NCBI GenBank assembly: GCA_030324005.1
Contig: JARDVH010000025.1
Coordinates: 74,538,336-74,602,335 of the forward strand
Direction: 5' to 3'
Length of the DNA: 64,000 nucleotides
Source of the DNA: Negaprion brevirostris
Taxonomy: Eukaryota
Part shown: positions 63,250 to 64,000 of the stretch, piece after piece
How positions within the stretch are numbered: the first letter of the stretch is position 1
Layout: each line of letters opens with the position of its first letter
Program-made: the position numbers and the translations under genes
The notes under the pieces: model-generated
Database searches by the model: none
Told to the model about the DNA's origin: nothing
Seen by the model: the letters and a program-made list of their open reading frames with translations, nothing else

Positions 63250-63960
63250 CAGTTGCTCTGAAAGTTACTGCTGCATTTTGCAAACAAAACCTTCCAGGGC
63301 CCTACTGGGGATCTTTGCAGAATTTCACATTCAGTGACATGCACAAGGAGGTGACATGTCCTTTTCAGTAAAGCTCATCATTATGTGCAGTTCCACATGG
63401 ATGACACAAGCCAGACTGCTAGAGCTGTGGGATTCCCATAAGTATGGGGTGCTATCAACTGTACATATGTGTCCTTGAGAGCTCCTTTGCAGCAGCCTGA
63501 TAGATCTATTTATATTAATATTTATATATTGAAGGAGATTTCCCTCTCTGAACATCCATCTCATTCATGGTCACAGAAAGCAGATCTAGCCTGTCTGTGC
63601 TAGTTACTCAGGGAGCTCACATCACTGGTACATTATTGGGTATCAGAGATACCTGAGGGACCTTGGTGCTTAGAGAGTTGGCTCCTGGCTGACAAGGGAT
63701 ACCCAGAAGACATGTTAATGATGCCTCTTTATTGCCCATGGAGTGCATCTGACAAGAAATACGATGCCACACATTCAACACAAGGCCCTGAATAGGATAA
63801 AGTATTGGTCTCCTAAAGATATGTTTCTGATGTTCAGACAGGTCAGATGGGGCTTTCCAACACTCATCACGGAGATTCACTACACACCTTGTGCTGCAAA
63901 GGGGGGATGTGTTGCCAAAGGGTGATATTGAGTTGCCTTCTTGAATGAGGAGGACTCGAA
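63250..63960 (+). mobile_element. PIF/Harbinger transposase relic (HARBI1-like), pseudogenised
   Basis: GAINCTYV at 63448 (GAIDCTHV motif), WLLADKGYP at 63679 (LLGDxGYP), and IGLLKICF*CSDRSDGAFQHS at 63804 (IGLLKMRFRCLDRSGGALQYS). Confidence 0.85.
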
Positions 63961-64000
63961 AGGGATGACTGAAAAGAGAAAGGATTCAGATGAGCAACAT

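Overview
Eukaryotic (vertebrate) genomic DNA from a gapped draft assembly. The repeat content (HE1-type V-SINEs, SacSINE1-type Deu-SINEs, CR1/L2 LINEs, Penelope-like elements) points to a cartilaginous fish, most likely a shark (inference). The window is almost entirely intronic sequence of DNMT3A on the + strand. One exon is unambiguous: 37857-38003, 147 nt, [49 protein letters not shown], the DNMT3A1-specific N-terminal nucleosome/H2AK119ub-binding segment. A frame-compatible 47-nt exon precedes it at 34301-34347. The next constitutive exon (AEKKAKVIA...) was not found before the window ends. The rest is a dense layer of decayed retroelements and DNA transposons, several of them nested. Best leads: a candidate DNMT3A2-like alternative first coding exon (54215-54322), Penelope-like elements with decayed hammerhead ribozyme motifs, a three-arm inverted repeat at 15418-15829, a perfect TTAA-bounded hairpin at 60197-60241, and a 150-bp duplication flanking the DNMT3A exon. 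No prokaryote-type system (CRISPR, operon) is present, and I found no clearly new biological system. Nearly all ORFs in the supplied track are spurious or span N gaps. Family assignments come from recalled motifs, not database searches, and repeat boundaries are approximate.
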